Assembly (NCBI GenBank): GCA_017934275.1
Contig: JAGBJT010000060.1
Span: 1-31,498, forward strand
Source: Cardiobacteriaceae bacterium
Lineage (GTDB): Bacteria; Pseudomonadota; Gammaproteobacteria; Cardiobacteriales; Cardiobacteriaceae
DNA length: 31,498 nucleotides
Direction of reading: 5' to 3'
The translations under genes were made by a program, and so were the position numbers. Shown here piece by piece: positions 18,418 to 26,966 of the stretch (position 1 is its first letter; each line of letters starts with the position of its first letter). The notes under the pieces were generated by a model. The model was given only the letters and a program-made list of their open reading frames with translations. It made no database searches and had not been told where the DNA came from.

Positions 18418-20592
18418 ATGCGCACAATATATTTTTTAAGAGGTCTTCCTGCTTCTGGAAAAAGCTTTTGGGTTAAAGAAAATAATCTCACTCCTTACAC
18501 TATTAGTTCCGATGAAATACGCTTGATGTATGCCGCGCCAGTTATAGATAATGACGGTAATTACACTATTTCGCAAAAATATAACAAAAAAGTTTGGAAA
18601 CAATTATTCAGTCTTTTAGAAGAAAAAATGGGGCGCGGAGAGTTTATCATCGTCGATGCAACTCATTATCGTGATAGTGCTTTGAGGGAATATAAAAAGC
18701 TGATAAATCATTACCGTTATCGCGCTTTTATTGTTGATTTTACTGATGTTGCATTAGAAACAATTTTAGAACGAAATCAACAACGGGAAAGTTATAAAAT
18801 AGTGCCTGAAAAAACCATTTATAAAATGCACAATGTTTTACGGCAAAATAATAATGAAATATATCCGAAATTAAGTCCAAAAGATGCGCTAGAACAACTA
18901 AATAAATCTCTTATTTTCGATTTTAATCATTACGAAAAGGTTATAATTTTTGGGGATATTCACGGTTGTTTTACTCCTCTTAATCATTATTTTCAAGAAA
19001 ATCCATTCTCGGAAAATAATGCTTATATTTTTCTCGGTGATTATGTCGATCGCGGAATAGAACATCATAAAACATTCGAGCTTTTGCTATCTATTTATCA
19101 CTTAAAAAATGTATTAGTTTTAGAAGGTAATCACGAAAGATGGCTGCGCTTTTATGCCGAAGATGATGAGGCGAGCTTTGCCCGAATTAAATCCAAAACT
19201 TTTTTGGAAAAAACCGCGCCAGAACTTGAAAATCTAGATAAAAAGGATTTACGGCAATTTTGCCGCACGCTCGGTCAAATGGCTTATTTTTCATTTGCAG
19301 GAAAAGAATATTTCGCCTCACACGGTGGAGTTGGCTGTTTGCCGCATTTATTTATAAACACCCAGCAATATATAAACGGGGTTGGCAGCTATGAAGATAC
19401 CGAAAGTTTATATGACGCTTGGGAGAAAAATACCGCCGACAATTGCGTTTTAATTCACGGACATCGTAATACCGAAAATCTCCCCGCAAAAGTCCGAAGC
19501 CGTTGTTATAACTTATGCAGTGAAATTGAATACGGAGATAGTTTAAGAGTGCTAGAAATTTCACGCAAGAGGGAAGAAATTAAGCAATATCCAAATCCTA
19601 TTTATGACAAAAATTTACCGAAAAAGCCGCGAGTAATAAAGAATAATGCCATTTTAAGCGACAATGAATTACTTAATCAGCTTAATTTAAGCCCGTTAAT
19701 CATTAAAAAATCTTTTGATAACGGTATTATTTCTTACAATTTTTCCCGTGATGCCTTTTATAAAAAAGAATGGAATAACTTAACTTGCCGTGCAAGAGGG
19801 GTATTTATTTTTAATGACAGGGTAGTTTGTAGAAGTTATAACAAATTTTTCAATTGGTATGAAAGAAAAGAAACTAGTGATGAGGAATTAGAGAAAAATT
19901 TGCGTTTTCCCGTCCGTGCATACAGAAAGGAAAATGGCTTTCTAGCAATGGTTTCCGTCTTTAATAATGATTTTTTAGTGTGCAGCAAATCGACTATTTC
20001 TGGCACTTTTGTCGGATATATCAATAATGCCTTGGACAGATTATCAGAAGATACTAGAAAAGCTATTTTTAACCATTGCCAGAAAAATAATGTAACATTT
20101 GTTTTTGAATGCGTTGATATTAAAAACGACCCCCATATTGTGCAATATCAAAATAATCATTTATATTTATTAGACATCGTGCAAAATGATTTTGAATTTA
20201 AGAAAATTCCCTATGAAGAGTTAATAAAAATAGCCAAAGAATGTAATTTAGAACACAAGGAATTGGAAAAAGAGTTTAAGTCTTGGAACGAACTAAACAG
20301 CTATAAAAATAAACTAGAAGAGAGCTTAAATTTACAAAATAGAGGGTGGAGTGAAGGATTTGTTTTAGAAGATAAAAACGGCTTTATGCTTAAATATAAA
20401 AATCCCAATTACCGCCTATGGAAGCAATTGCGTTCAGTGCTAGAAAGATTGCAAATGGATAAACAAATAACGGTGAATAATTTTTCACAACAGGCACAAG
20501 AGGTAATCAAACTAATGCAGAACTTAAAAGCGGAAAATAAATTAAACCGCTTAAAAATTACCGACATTCAAAATATATATTGGAATTCATAA
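18418..20592 (+). CDS. Tri-domain polynucleotide kinase / lambda-type phosphatase / ligase-like nucleotidyltransferase (bacterial Pnkp-like RNA end-healing and sealing enzyme), 724 aa
   Basis: Residues 1-~160 are a P-loop 5'-OH polynucleotide kinase: GLPASGKSFW (compare T4 Pnk GCPGSGKSTW), Asp in SSDEIR, RNQQR lid (RxxxR). Residues ~175-370 are a binuclear metallophosphatase of the lambda-phosphatase/PPP type: GDIHGC, GDYVDRG, GNHE, HGG, GH motifs. Residues ~400-724 are a covalent-nucleotidyltransferase (RNA/DNA ligase superfamily)-like domain: motif I-like KENG (K504), motif IV EGFVLE (646-651), motif V LKYK (658-661). Markedly more AT-rich than the flanking genes. No hen1 adjacent. Confidence 0.6.
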   Translation: MRTIYFLRGLPASGKSFWVKENNLTPYTISSDEIRLMYAAPVIDNDGNYTISQKYNKKVWKQLFSLLEEKMGRGEFIIVDATHYRDSALREYKKLINHYRYRAFIVDFTDVALETILERNQQRESYKIVPEKTIYKMHNVLRQNNNEIYPKLSPKDALEQLNKSLIFDFNHYEKVIIFGDIHGCFTPLNHYFQENPFSENNAYIFLGDYVDRGIEHHKTFELLLSIYHLKNVLVLEGNHERWLRFYAEDDEASFARIKSKTFLEKTAPELENLDKKDLRQFCRTLGQMAYFSFAGKEYFASHGGVGCLPHLFINTQQYINGVGSYEDTESLYDAWEKNTADNCVLIHGHRNTENLPAKVRSRCYNLCSEIEYGDSLRVLEISRKREEIKQYPNPIYDKNLPKKPRVIKNNAILSDNELLNQLNLSPLIIKKSFDNGIISYNFSRDAFYKKEWNNLTCRARGVFIFNDRVVCRSYNKFFNWYERKETSDEELEKNLRFPVRAYRKENGFLAMVSVFNNDFLVCSKSTISGTFVGYINNALDRLSEDTRKAIFNHCQKNNVTFVFECVDIKNDPHIVQYQNNHLYLLDIVQNDFEFKKIPYEELIKIAKECNLEHKELEKEFKSWNELNSYKNKLEESLNLQNRGWSEGFVLEDKNGFMLKYKNPNYRLWKQLRSVLERLQMDKQITVNNFSQQAQEVIKLMQNLKAENKLNRLKITDIQNIYWNS

Positions 20593-20595
20593 TTA

Positions 20596-20632
20596 AAGCA
20601 TCAAAAACGGCGTTAAATTCGCCGTTTTTATT
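20596..20632. terminator. Bidirectional rho-independent terminator between the pnkp-like gene and ubiA
   Basis: AAACGGCG-TTAAATT-CGCCGTTT hairpin with T tracts on both strands. Confidence 0.7.
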
Positions 20633-20646
20633 TTTACGGTAATTAC

Positions 20647-21507
20647 TTACGGTAAATAATCCAACACAACTCCCGTAAAAATCGCCGCGCCAACCCAATT
20701 ATTATGAAAAAACATCGCAAAGCATTTTTCTCGTTCTAAATTTCTGGCGTAATAAATCTCCCAAGAGAATATTAAAGCCGCGGAAACAAGTCCTAAATAA
20801 AACCAAAAACCTAAACCAGCGCAAAGTCCTGCTAAAAGCATAAAAAACAAAGTAATTGCCGCCATTAAAGCTAAAAATCTTTTTTCCCAACCTAGGCAAA
20901 AAATCGCCGAAGAGTGTAATTTCATCGGAATATCATCATCTCTATCAACTAGGGCATAAAAAGTGTCATATACAAGTGCCCAGAAAGTCCCAGCCATATA
21001 AATAAAAAATCCTGCCCAAGTTAGATGTCCTAAAATTGCCGTATGCGCAATCAAAACAGGAGCAGAAAAAGCAAGACCTAAAATAAATTGCGGCAGGGGG
21101 AAGAATCTTTTACAAAAGGGGTAAATTATTGCGATAAAAAGGCAATAAATTGCCATCAACCAAGACTGCCAATTTAAACATAAGAGTAATAAAAAACTCA
21201 CAAAAAGCATAAAAATTATTGCCCAAAGAGCCTCTTTTTCACTTAAAGTTCCTGTTGCAAGAGGGCGATTTTTTGTCCGTTTAACATTACCGTCAAAATT
21301 GCGATCGGCATAATCATTTACCGCGCAACCAGCCGAACGCATCGTAAAAGTTCCAAGCAAAATAATAAAGCAAATTTTAGCAGGAGGAGTGCCATTTCCA
21401 GCAAGCCAGAGTCCCCATAAACTACTCCAAAGGAGTAACATTGAACCAACTGGTTTATCAATACGGTAAAGTGCAATATAAGCCTGCAATTTATCAACAA
21501 GTTTCAT
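20647..21507 (-). CDS. ubiA: 4-hydroxybenzoate octaprenyltransferase
   Basis: 286 aa, UbiA prenyltransferase family (…YRIDKPVGSMLLLWSSLWGL…, NDYADRNFD, YALVDRDDD), polytopic membrane protein. Confidence 0.85.
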   Translation of the reverse strand: MKLVDKLQAYIALYRIDKPVGSMLLLWSSLWGLWLAGNGTPPAKICFIILLGTFTMRSAGCAVNDYADRNFDGNVKRTKNRPLATGTLSEKEALWAIIFMLFVSFLLLLCLNWQSWLMAIYCLFIAIIYPFCKRFFPLPQFILGLAFSAPVLIAHTAILGHLTWAGFFIYMAGTFWALVYDTFYALVDRDDDIPMKLHSSAIFCLGWEKRFLALMAAITLFFMLLAGLCAGLGFWFYLGLVSAALIFSWEIYYARNLEREKCFAMFFHNNWVGAAIFTGVVLDYLP

Positions 21508-21523
21508 TATTTATATCCAAAAA

Positions 21524-22312
21524 TTATTTTTTCATTTCCAAAAAATCTTTAATCGATTTCATAGGTGCATTTTCAGCAGGCATTAAAACACGGTTGTAGC
21601 TTGGCGCACGCCCTACTCTTTCGGAAAAAAACTTATGAACTTGCAGATATTGATATGACATTAAAACGATACAAGGTAGTGAAATCGTAAGTGCAAGGAT
21701 ATTGATTTTTTTCGTATCTAGATAATGAATTAAAAACGCACGGTAGAAAATAATTAACACAAGAGCGGAAATAAATAAAGTAGCCATTTCCGTCCATAAA
21801 AAGCCCGTATAAAAGGCAAAATAATCACCAGCTAATTCAACTAGCGATGAAATTAAGGAAAAAAATGCCGTTATTCCCAACCAAGCCATAAGAGGTGGTT
21901 TTTTATTGCTAGTTTTATTCACAACAACCAAACTATTTGCAATCCAAACTAAACCAAAAATAATCAGCAAGCAGAAAAATAGCAATTTGTAATTCGGTAA
22001 ATATTGTTGAGCGGAACTCAAATAATCGTTATACATCGGATCTAATAAATACAAAATAAACCAAACCATTGCCATAAACGGTGAAGTAACCAAAAGCCAA
22101 AATACGCTTCTTTTTTTCTGGTTTGATGCAAAAGCTGATTTATTCATTTCAGTTGTTAATTGCAAGTTTTCCGCTAATTTATCCGAACGCTCTTGTTTTG
22201 TTTTTACCGCTTCTTTTTTCGCTTCCAGTTGATTTAATTTATTATTCAGATTTAAGTTGCTATTTAATTCCTTATTCGTTTTCTTTACCGTAGTATTTTT
22301 TCTTCTAGCCAT
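21524..22312 (-). CDS. Hypothetical polytopic membrane protein with a Lys-rich, coiled-coil-like cytoplasmic N-terminus (262 aa)
   Basis: ORF 16 bp upstream of ubiA on the same strand. ~70-aa charged N-terminal region (KK…NLNLNNKLNQLEAKKEAVKTKQERSDKL) followed by ~5-6 hydrophobic helices. No recognisable family. Confidence 0.45.
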   Translation of the reverse strand: MARRKNTTVKKTNKELNSNLNLNNKLNQLEAKKEAVKTKQERSDKLAENLQLTTEMNKSAFASNQKKRSVFWLLVTSPFMAMVWFILYLLDPMYNDYLSSAQQYLPNYKLLFFCLLIIFGLVWIANSLVVVNKTSNKKPPLMAWLGITAFFSLISSLVELAGDYFAFYTGFLWTEMATLFISALVLIIFYRAFLIHYLDTKKINILALTISLPCIVLMSYQYLQVHKFFSERVGRAPSYNRVLMPAENAPMKSIKDFLEMKK

Positions 22313-22348
22313 ATTTATTCCTCACAGTTTCTAATTAAAGTGCTATTT

Positions 22349-23821
22349 TTAATTGCGTTTAACTTGTTCTAATATTTTAGAAATTACCTTTTTACCCTTT
22401 TCAGTTTGTATTCCGTAAAGCTCAATTTGGATAACAAACCCCTCTTTTTTATGCGCAACAGATGCAGCTAAAAAGCGATGGTCGTCAATTGTTTCACCAT
22501 TAGAGGTAAATTTTCCAGGCTGACGGCAATAAACGGTTTTGAATGCTTCTCCTGCAATTTCAGTAAATCCTTCCTTGCATTTGTAGTTATCGTAATCGCG
22601 GCGTGGTCTTGCACTGTAGCCCATTTTGAATGCTTTGTTATACACACCGTAAAAATGCGCAGTAGTTATATCCTCCAAGGGATAAACATAGGCATAACTG
22701 TATCCAATTTGTCCGACAGATGTCTCATTATTGATAAAAGTCTGACGGTCATTAAAACAACGGACTTCGGCAACGGCAATCAAATCTTCCGCATCAGGAT
22801 TAGAAGAAGCGTCCCAACATTTGGTATCTTTGCTCATCGCAAGCGGCACGGTGTATTTGGCAATTTTGGTCGTTTGCCAATTTTTAGCGGCAAGCGGTTC
22901 TTTGAAATATTTATCATTGTCGGCAGAAAGCTGCTCGGCGATGCGTTTATTAACTTCATCTTGCTGAATTTTTTTATCACTAGCAAGTAATTTTTCAAGA
23001 TGTTCAACAGGAACAACAAAACTAATATTGCTTCCCGCCCGCAAATATGCAACATTCACACCGATAACTTTTCCGCGGTTATTCAAAGTCGGCCCTCCTG
23101 ACATACCGCTATTTAAGGAGCCAGAAAAAAGAATATGCGCCTGTGCCGATTTGCGCAAAAGACCGTTGTTTATCCCGTCGATAATCACAAAACCCAAATC
23201 GTGCGGATTACCGAGCGCAAACAAACTCTCTCCCTGCACCGATTTTTCTTCGAATTCAAATGGGGCACTTATTTTTTTATCCGCCTGCAAAATCGCCAAA
23301 TCATTGACGATATCAAAATCGAGCAAGGTCAAATTGCCCTGTTCATCATTTTGGTCGATATAACTTGCACGGTGTTTTTTCTTTTGTAATACATCTGACA
23401 CCACATGGTAATTTGTCGCGATTTTGTCGCCATTTGCAATCACAAATCCCGAACCGATAGCTGTTTTCTGCCCTGTTTCTTCGTTGTTAATTTGAATTTG
23501 CACCACCGAATTGCGGTAACGGGCAAAAAGTTCTTCGGCATTAAATTTCGCCGCTTCTTTCTTGGGAAATGGAAGTTTTTTTCCTGATTTAGCAAGCTGT
23601 TCTTGGATTTTATCGAGGGCTAAATCCTCTGTTTTTTCCGTATTTTTCGCCGTAACTTTTAAGTTGATTGCATCATTTTTTTCAATCGCCACGGATTGCA
23701 TATTGGAAACTTTTTCCGCCCGAACTTCATCAGCTTGAATTTCAGCATTTTCTAGCTCTTGCGTTGATGCAGTAGAAATAAAAAATATAAAAATCGTAAA
23801 AAAACAAATTATTTTTTTCAT
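22349..23821 (-). CDS. Secreted trypsin-like (S1 family) serine protease with an uncharacterised ~160-aa C-terminal domain (490 aa)
   Basis: Signal peptide MKKIICFFTIFIFFISTAS. Catalytic triad context TNYHVV (His), DLAILQ (Asp), GMSGGP (Ser). No PDZ detected. AT-rich. Confidence 0.65.
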   Translation of the reverse strand: MKKIICFFTIFIFFISTASTQELENAEIQADEVRAEKVSNMQSVAIEKNDAINLKVTAKNTEKTEDLALDKIQEQLAKSGKKLPFPKKEAAKFNAEELFARYRNSVVQIQINNEETGQKTAIGSGFVIANGDKIATNYHVVSDVLQKKKHRASYIDQNDEQGNLTLLDFDIVNDLAILQADKKISAPFEFEEKSVQGESLFALGNPHDLGFVIIDGINNGLLRKSAQAHILFSGSLNSGMSGGPTLNNRGKVIGVNVAYLRAGSNISFVVPVEHLEKLLASDKKIQQDEVNKRIAEQLSADNDKYFKEPLAAKNWQTTKIAKYTVPLAMSKDTKCWDASSNPDAEDLIAVAEVRCFNDRQTFINNETSVGQIGYSYAYVYPLEDITTAHFYGVYNKAFKMGYSARPRRDYDNYKCKEGFTEIAGEAFKTVYCRQPGKFTSNGETIDDHRFLAASVAHKKEGFVIQIELYGIQTEKGKKVISKILEQVKRN

Positions 23822-23910
23822 ATAAGCATCTCTTTATATTAAAAAAATTAAGACAAAGCAAACAGTATAGCCAAATATAGCGACACGAACTATCAGGCGG
23901 ACAAACTAAA

Positions 23911-23958
23911 AAAATAAAGCGGAGCTGAAAATCAATCTCCGCTTTATTTTTTTTATAT
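23911..23958. terminator. Bidirectional rho-independent terminator between the PepSY gene and the protease gene
   Basis: AAGCGGAG-N12-CTCCGCTT hairpin followed by TATTTTTTTT on plus, and T-rich on minus as well. Confidence 0.65.
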
Positions 23959-23977
23959 AAACACAACTGTTTTAAGA

Positions 23978-24478
23978 TTATTTTTCCTCTGGCTTATCTA
24001 ATTTTTTACCATCTTCGGCAGAAAAAATCAGGTTTTGTTCCTGACCATCTTTTTCTACCGTTACTGAATAGAAAGGTTTTACTGCTTTTGCAGGCGCATC
24101 TTTTTGTCTATCACCACCCATTCCACGACCTCCTCTTCCCATTCCGCCCATTTGCGCCATATAGGATATTGCAACTACTTTACCTTCTTTTTCAGCTTGG
24201 GCAATTGCATCTTTAATAGAAAATTTCGGCGCAGAAAATGGCTCTGGCTTTGGTTCTGGCATTTTTTCACCAGTTTCAGCATCAAGCAATATCATCTTGC
24301 GCTCGCCGTCATCACTAATTACCATCACACGGTAAGCATCTTTGCCGTCTTGCTTCATCAGGCGAACAAAAGTTACATTTCCCTCGCTTTGTGCTTTGTC
24401 TACCGCTTCGGATAGACTGATGGCTTGTGCTTGTGTTACAAATAATAAGCTTGTGATAATTAAGGATATTTTTTTCAT
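23978..24478 (-). CDS. Secreted PepSY-domain protein (two PepSY repeats)
   Basis: Signal peptide MKKISLIITSLLFVTQAQA. Two ~60-aa units ending in the D-A-x-T-G-type motif (ISLSEAVDKAQSE…LLDAETGEKM; FSIKDAIAQAEKEG…FSAEDGKKL). Gly/Arg/Met-rich linker. Confidence 0.65.
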   Translation of the reverse strand: MKKISLIITSLLFVTQAQAISLSEAVDKAQSEGNVTFVRLMKQDGKDAYRVMVISDDGERKMILLDAETGEKMPEPKPEPFSAPKFSIKDAIAQAEKEGKVVAISYMAQMGGMGRGGRGMGGDRQKDAPAKAVKPFYSVTVEKDGQEQNLIFSAEDGKKLDKPEEK

Positions 24479-24562
24479 AAAGATTTGTTCTCATTAAAAA
24501 CCGCGAAATTACGGCGGACTAATTTTAGCGCATAAATGATAAATATTCTTAATTCCGTATTG

Positions 24563-25342
24563 CTAAAAACTCCGTCCGCCACCGCCGTGTGTATTTCCAC
24601 TCGATGAACTATGCGTGGAACTTCCGCCGCTTCCACCACCAGAACTAGAAGATGGCAATTCTCTATAAAACACTTTGCGGTCAATAACTTCATCATCGAA
24701 AGGCATAAAGTTGTGATTTGCGGTATTTTTCCAAATAGGCGGAATATTGCGTTGTTTTAATTTATAACTCTTTTTATTTCTAAAATAAGCCAAAATCATA
24801 GCTATTAAACCTGCCAAACCGCCCCCTGCTGCATCTTCTGGACTTATAGAATTACCTGAAATATAAAATTCAAGTTTTTTTACATAAGCATTCAGTGCAT
24901 CATCATATGAAGCGTTTTTTCTATACTCTTCTACAAATTTGTCAAGTAAATCACTAATTTTTATATCAGTTAAAGTTGCAATTGTATTAGTCCCCGATGT
25001 AGAAGTATGCACTTTACGCTCCCCAGTCATATCGGCAAGTGCAATTAAAATCAGGCTACCTTCAACATTTTGCCCCTGTTTGTAGTTGAGTAGTTCATCA
25101 AGATAATCATCGGCGGCATCTTTGGCTGTTTTATTAGTTGCATTTACCGTATAAATAACCGAATAGGAACCTGTTTTTTCTGAAATTTTTTCCAGTTTTG
25201 CGGACAATTTTATTTTTGTATCGGTTGATAAAAGTCCAGCATTATCAAAAACATATTCTCGACAAAAAGAATTTGCGGTAAAAATAAAAAATATTCCTAC
25301 TATTGCAGTTATTTTTTTGCACCATTTAATCCAATTTACCAT
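24563..25342 (-). CDS. TPM-domain (TLP18.3/Psb32/MOLO-1; YgcG/YdjH-like) membrane protein with a Gly/Ser-rich C-terminal tail
   Basis: N-terminal signal-anchor. YVFDNAGLLS…LILIALADMTGERKVHTSTSG matches the TPM phosphatase-domain pattern. A TM helix (GGLAGLIAMILAYF) follows, then the SSSSGGGSGGSS…GGGGRSF tail. Start taken at the third Met (GGAGG RBS 9 nt upstream); 25348 and 25360 are also possible. Confidence 0.65.
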   Translation of the reverse strand: MVNWIKWCKKITAIVGIFFIFTANSFCREYVFDNAGLLSTDTKIKLSAKLEKISEKTGSYSVIYTVNATNKTAKDAADDYLDELLNYKQGQNVEGSLILIALADMTGERKVHTSTSGTNTIATLTDIKISDLLDKFVEEYRKNASYDDALNAYVKKLEFYISGNSISPEDAAGGGLAGLIAMILAYFRNKKSYKLKQRNIPPIWKNTANHNFMPFDDEVIDRKVFYRELPSSSSGGGSGGSSTHSSSSGNTHGGGGRSF

Positions 25343-26394
25343 AACCATTGTCCTCCGCATAATGCTAAAATCAAGACAATTATTCCAAATACTGCTGAAT
25401 AAGCAAAAGCTTTTTTCTGTGATAGCGGTAATTCGCCATTTGCAAGTCCAGTTTGACCGTTAATCGCAAATTGATAAGTTTTTCCCTGATAGTTGTAATT
25501 CAAAATATACGTCGGAAGTAATACATATCTCGTATCAGTAATTGCAAATTTTGAATTATCAATTTCATCGGTAAATCTTTGGCAATTTGCCGATTTCTTG
25601 ATTTCGTTGATTGTAAAGATTGCCGCCTCTTTTAGTGCTTGTTTTTCCGCCTCTTCTTTATCTAAATTATGCCTCTCCGATTGAAATCCAGCAATATATG
25701 CACTCTTAAATTCAACCTGTTCGCTATCTTCAAACGGGTTTATAGAATTGATTAAATTACGGTCAATCTTGTCAAAAGATAAACTACGAATATTATTAAA
25801 TTGAGATTTTCCTTGCCGTTTTATCGCTAATTTCAGCACTTCTACTTCTTCTTGATTATTCAGTCTTCTGCGGTTTTCACGAATACCTGTTGCTTGAAAA
25901 TCTACTTTTGCCTCAACATCGCAATCCCAATACGGTAAATACATTCCGATAATTTTATCCTGTTGCTTCTTTACCGTAAAATCATTAGGCAATAATTTTT
26001 TACCTCTTATCCATTTTTCAAAACACTCCATCGCCTGTTTTTGCGTAATTTTGAATGGAATAATTCGATGCGGTAAAAAGCCCCCCTTTAAGCGATTTTC
26101 AATAATTACAGGACTATGGCAGTAGTAACAAAATAAAGCCGTGGTTGTATCACCACAAACTACTTCCGCACCGCAATTCGGACAATTATATTGCCGTATT
26201 TCAGAACCATCATCTATTCTATCGTCGGAATATTTACTTTTTTCTTCAATTTGCTCTTCATGTTTGGCAATAAAGGCTTCCAACTCTTCTTCGGTAGATG
26301 AGCGACCGCAATATTCACACTTAAATCCCTGAATTTGCGGGTTATAAGAAAGCGGCGCACTACAACCAGGACATTTGTAATTATCTACTGCCAT
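25336..26394 (-). CDS. Double zinc-ribbon protein with a C-terminal TM helix (YdjG-like), 352 aa
   Basis: N-terminal CPGCSAPL…CEYCG and NCPNCGAEV…CYYCH zinc-ribbon pairs. Central uncharacterised domain. C-terminal hydrophobic helix AFAYSAVFGIIVLILALCGG. Stop abuts the TPM gene start. Confidence 0.55.
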   Translation of the reverse strand: MAVDNYKCPGCSAPLSYNPQIQGFKCEYCGRSSTEEELEAFIAKHEEQIEEKSKYSDDRIDDGSEIRQYNCPNCGAEVVCGDTTTALFCYYCHSPVIIENRLKGGFLPHRIIPFKITQKQAMECFEKWIRGKKLLPNDFTVKKQQDKIIGMYLPYWDCDVEAKVDFQATGIRENRRRLNNQEEVEVLKLAIKRQGKSQFNNIRSLSFDKIDRNLINSINPFEDSEQVEFKSAYIAGFQSERHNLDKEEAEKQALKEAAIFTINEIKKSANCQRFTDEIDNSKFAITDTRYVLLPTYILNYNYQGKTYQFAINGQTGLANGELPLSQKKAFAYSAVFGIIVLILALCGGQWLW

Positions 26395-26397
26395 TTT

Positions 26398-26640
26398 TCA
26401 TTCCTCGATTTGAAGATTTTGAATATATTCATTCGGTTCTCCTTGCCAAGATTGACAAGAAATTTCAACGGGATTAAAGCTGTTGTCGAACTTAATATCT
26501 TCCCAAGTTGATATATTTTTTAATTCCATTGGCAATATTTTTTCCACAATAATTGAGGCATATTCTTTTGCGTTGCCGTTTTCATCTAATTCTGCACTCA
26601 AACCTCTACTCACCGTATATGAAAAGCGATTATTTATCAT
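26398..26640 (-). CDS. Hypothetical small acidic protein (80 aa)
   Basis: ORF 3 nt upstream of the ZnR gene, with a 4-nt overlap with the preceding 88-aa ORF (operon-like coupling). No motifs. Confidence 0.4.
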   Translation of the reverse strand: MINNRFSYTVSRGLSAELDENGNAKEYASIIVEKILPMELKNISTWEDIKFDNSFNPVEISCQSWQGEPNEYIQNLQIEE

Positions 26641-26903
26641 TCGGACGGAATTATAAGGCTTGCCATGCTTTGTTTTTCCACCTGTGCAATATCCTGATAA
26701 AAAGCAAGTTCAGGCGGTTTATTTTCATATCCAAAACTATATTCAAGCTGATTTTCAACCTGCCTTAAAGTTAAAACTTTGTTGTTTGTAGTTTTACAAG
26801 TAAATACATCTTTAATGTAATAAGCTTTAGCTTCACTGTTTGCATTATTTATCAACAGCATTTGCAGTAAAATTGCAAATAAAACGGCAACATTTTTTCT
26901 CAT
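26637..26903 (-). CDS. Hypothetical small secreted protein (88 aa) with a signal peptide
   Basis: MRKNVAVLFAILLQMLLINNANSEA signal peptide. AAGGTG RBS. Translationally coupled to the 80-aa ORF. Confidence 0.45.
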   Translation of the reverse strand: MRKNVAVLFAILLQMLLINNANSEAKAYYIKDVFTCKTTNNKVLTLRQVENQLEYSFGYENKPPELAFYQDIAQVEKQSMASLIIPSE

Positions 26904-26914
26904 CTCTTCACCTT

Positions 26915-26950
26915 AAAAAAATAACCTGTTCCATCTCTAAAACAGGTTAT
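26915..26950 (-). terminator. Rho-independent terminator or attenuator immediately after the SPFH gene
   Basis: Perfect 10-bp stem ATAACCTGTT/AACAGGTTAT with a 10-nt loop. Followed, on the minus-strand transcript, by UUUUUU. The SPFH stop codon is at 26967-26969. Confidence 0.7.
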
Positions 26951-26966
26951 TTCGCTAAAAAAACAA

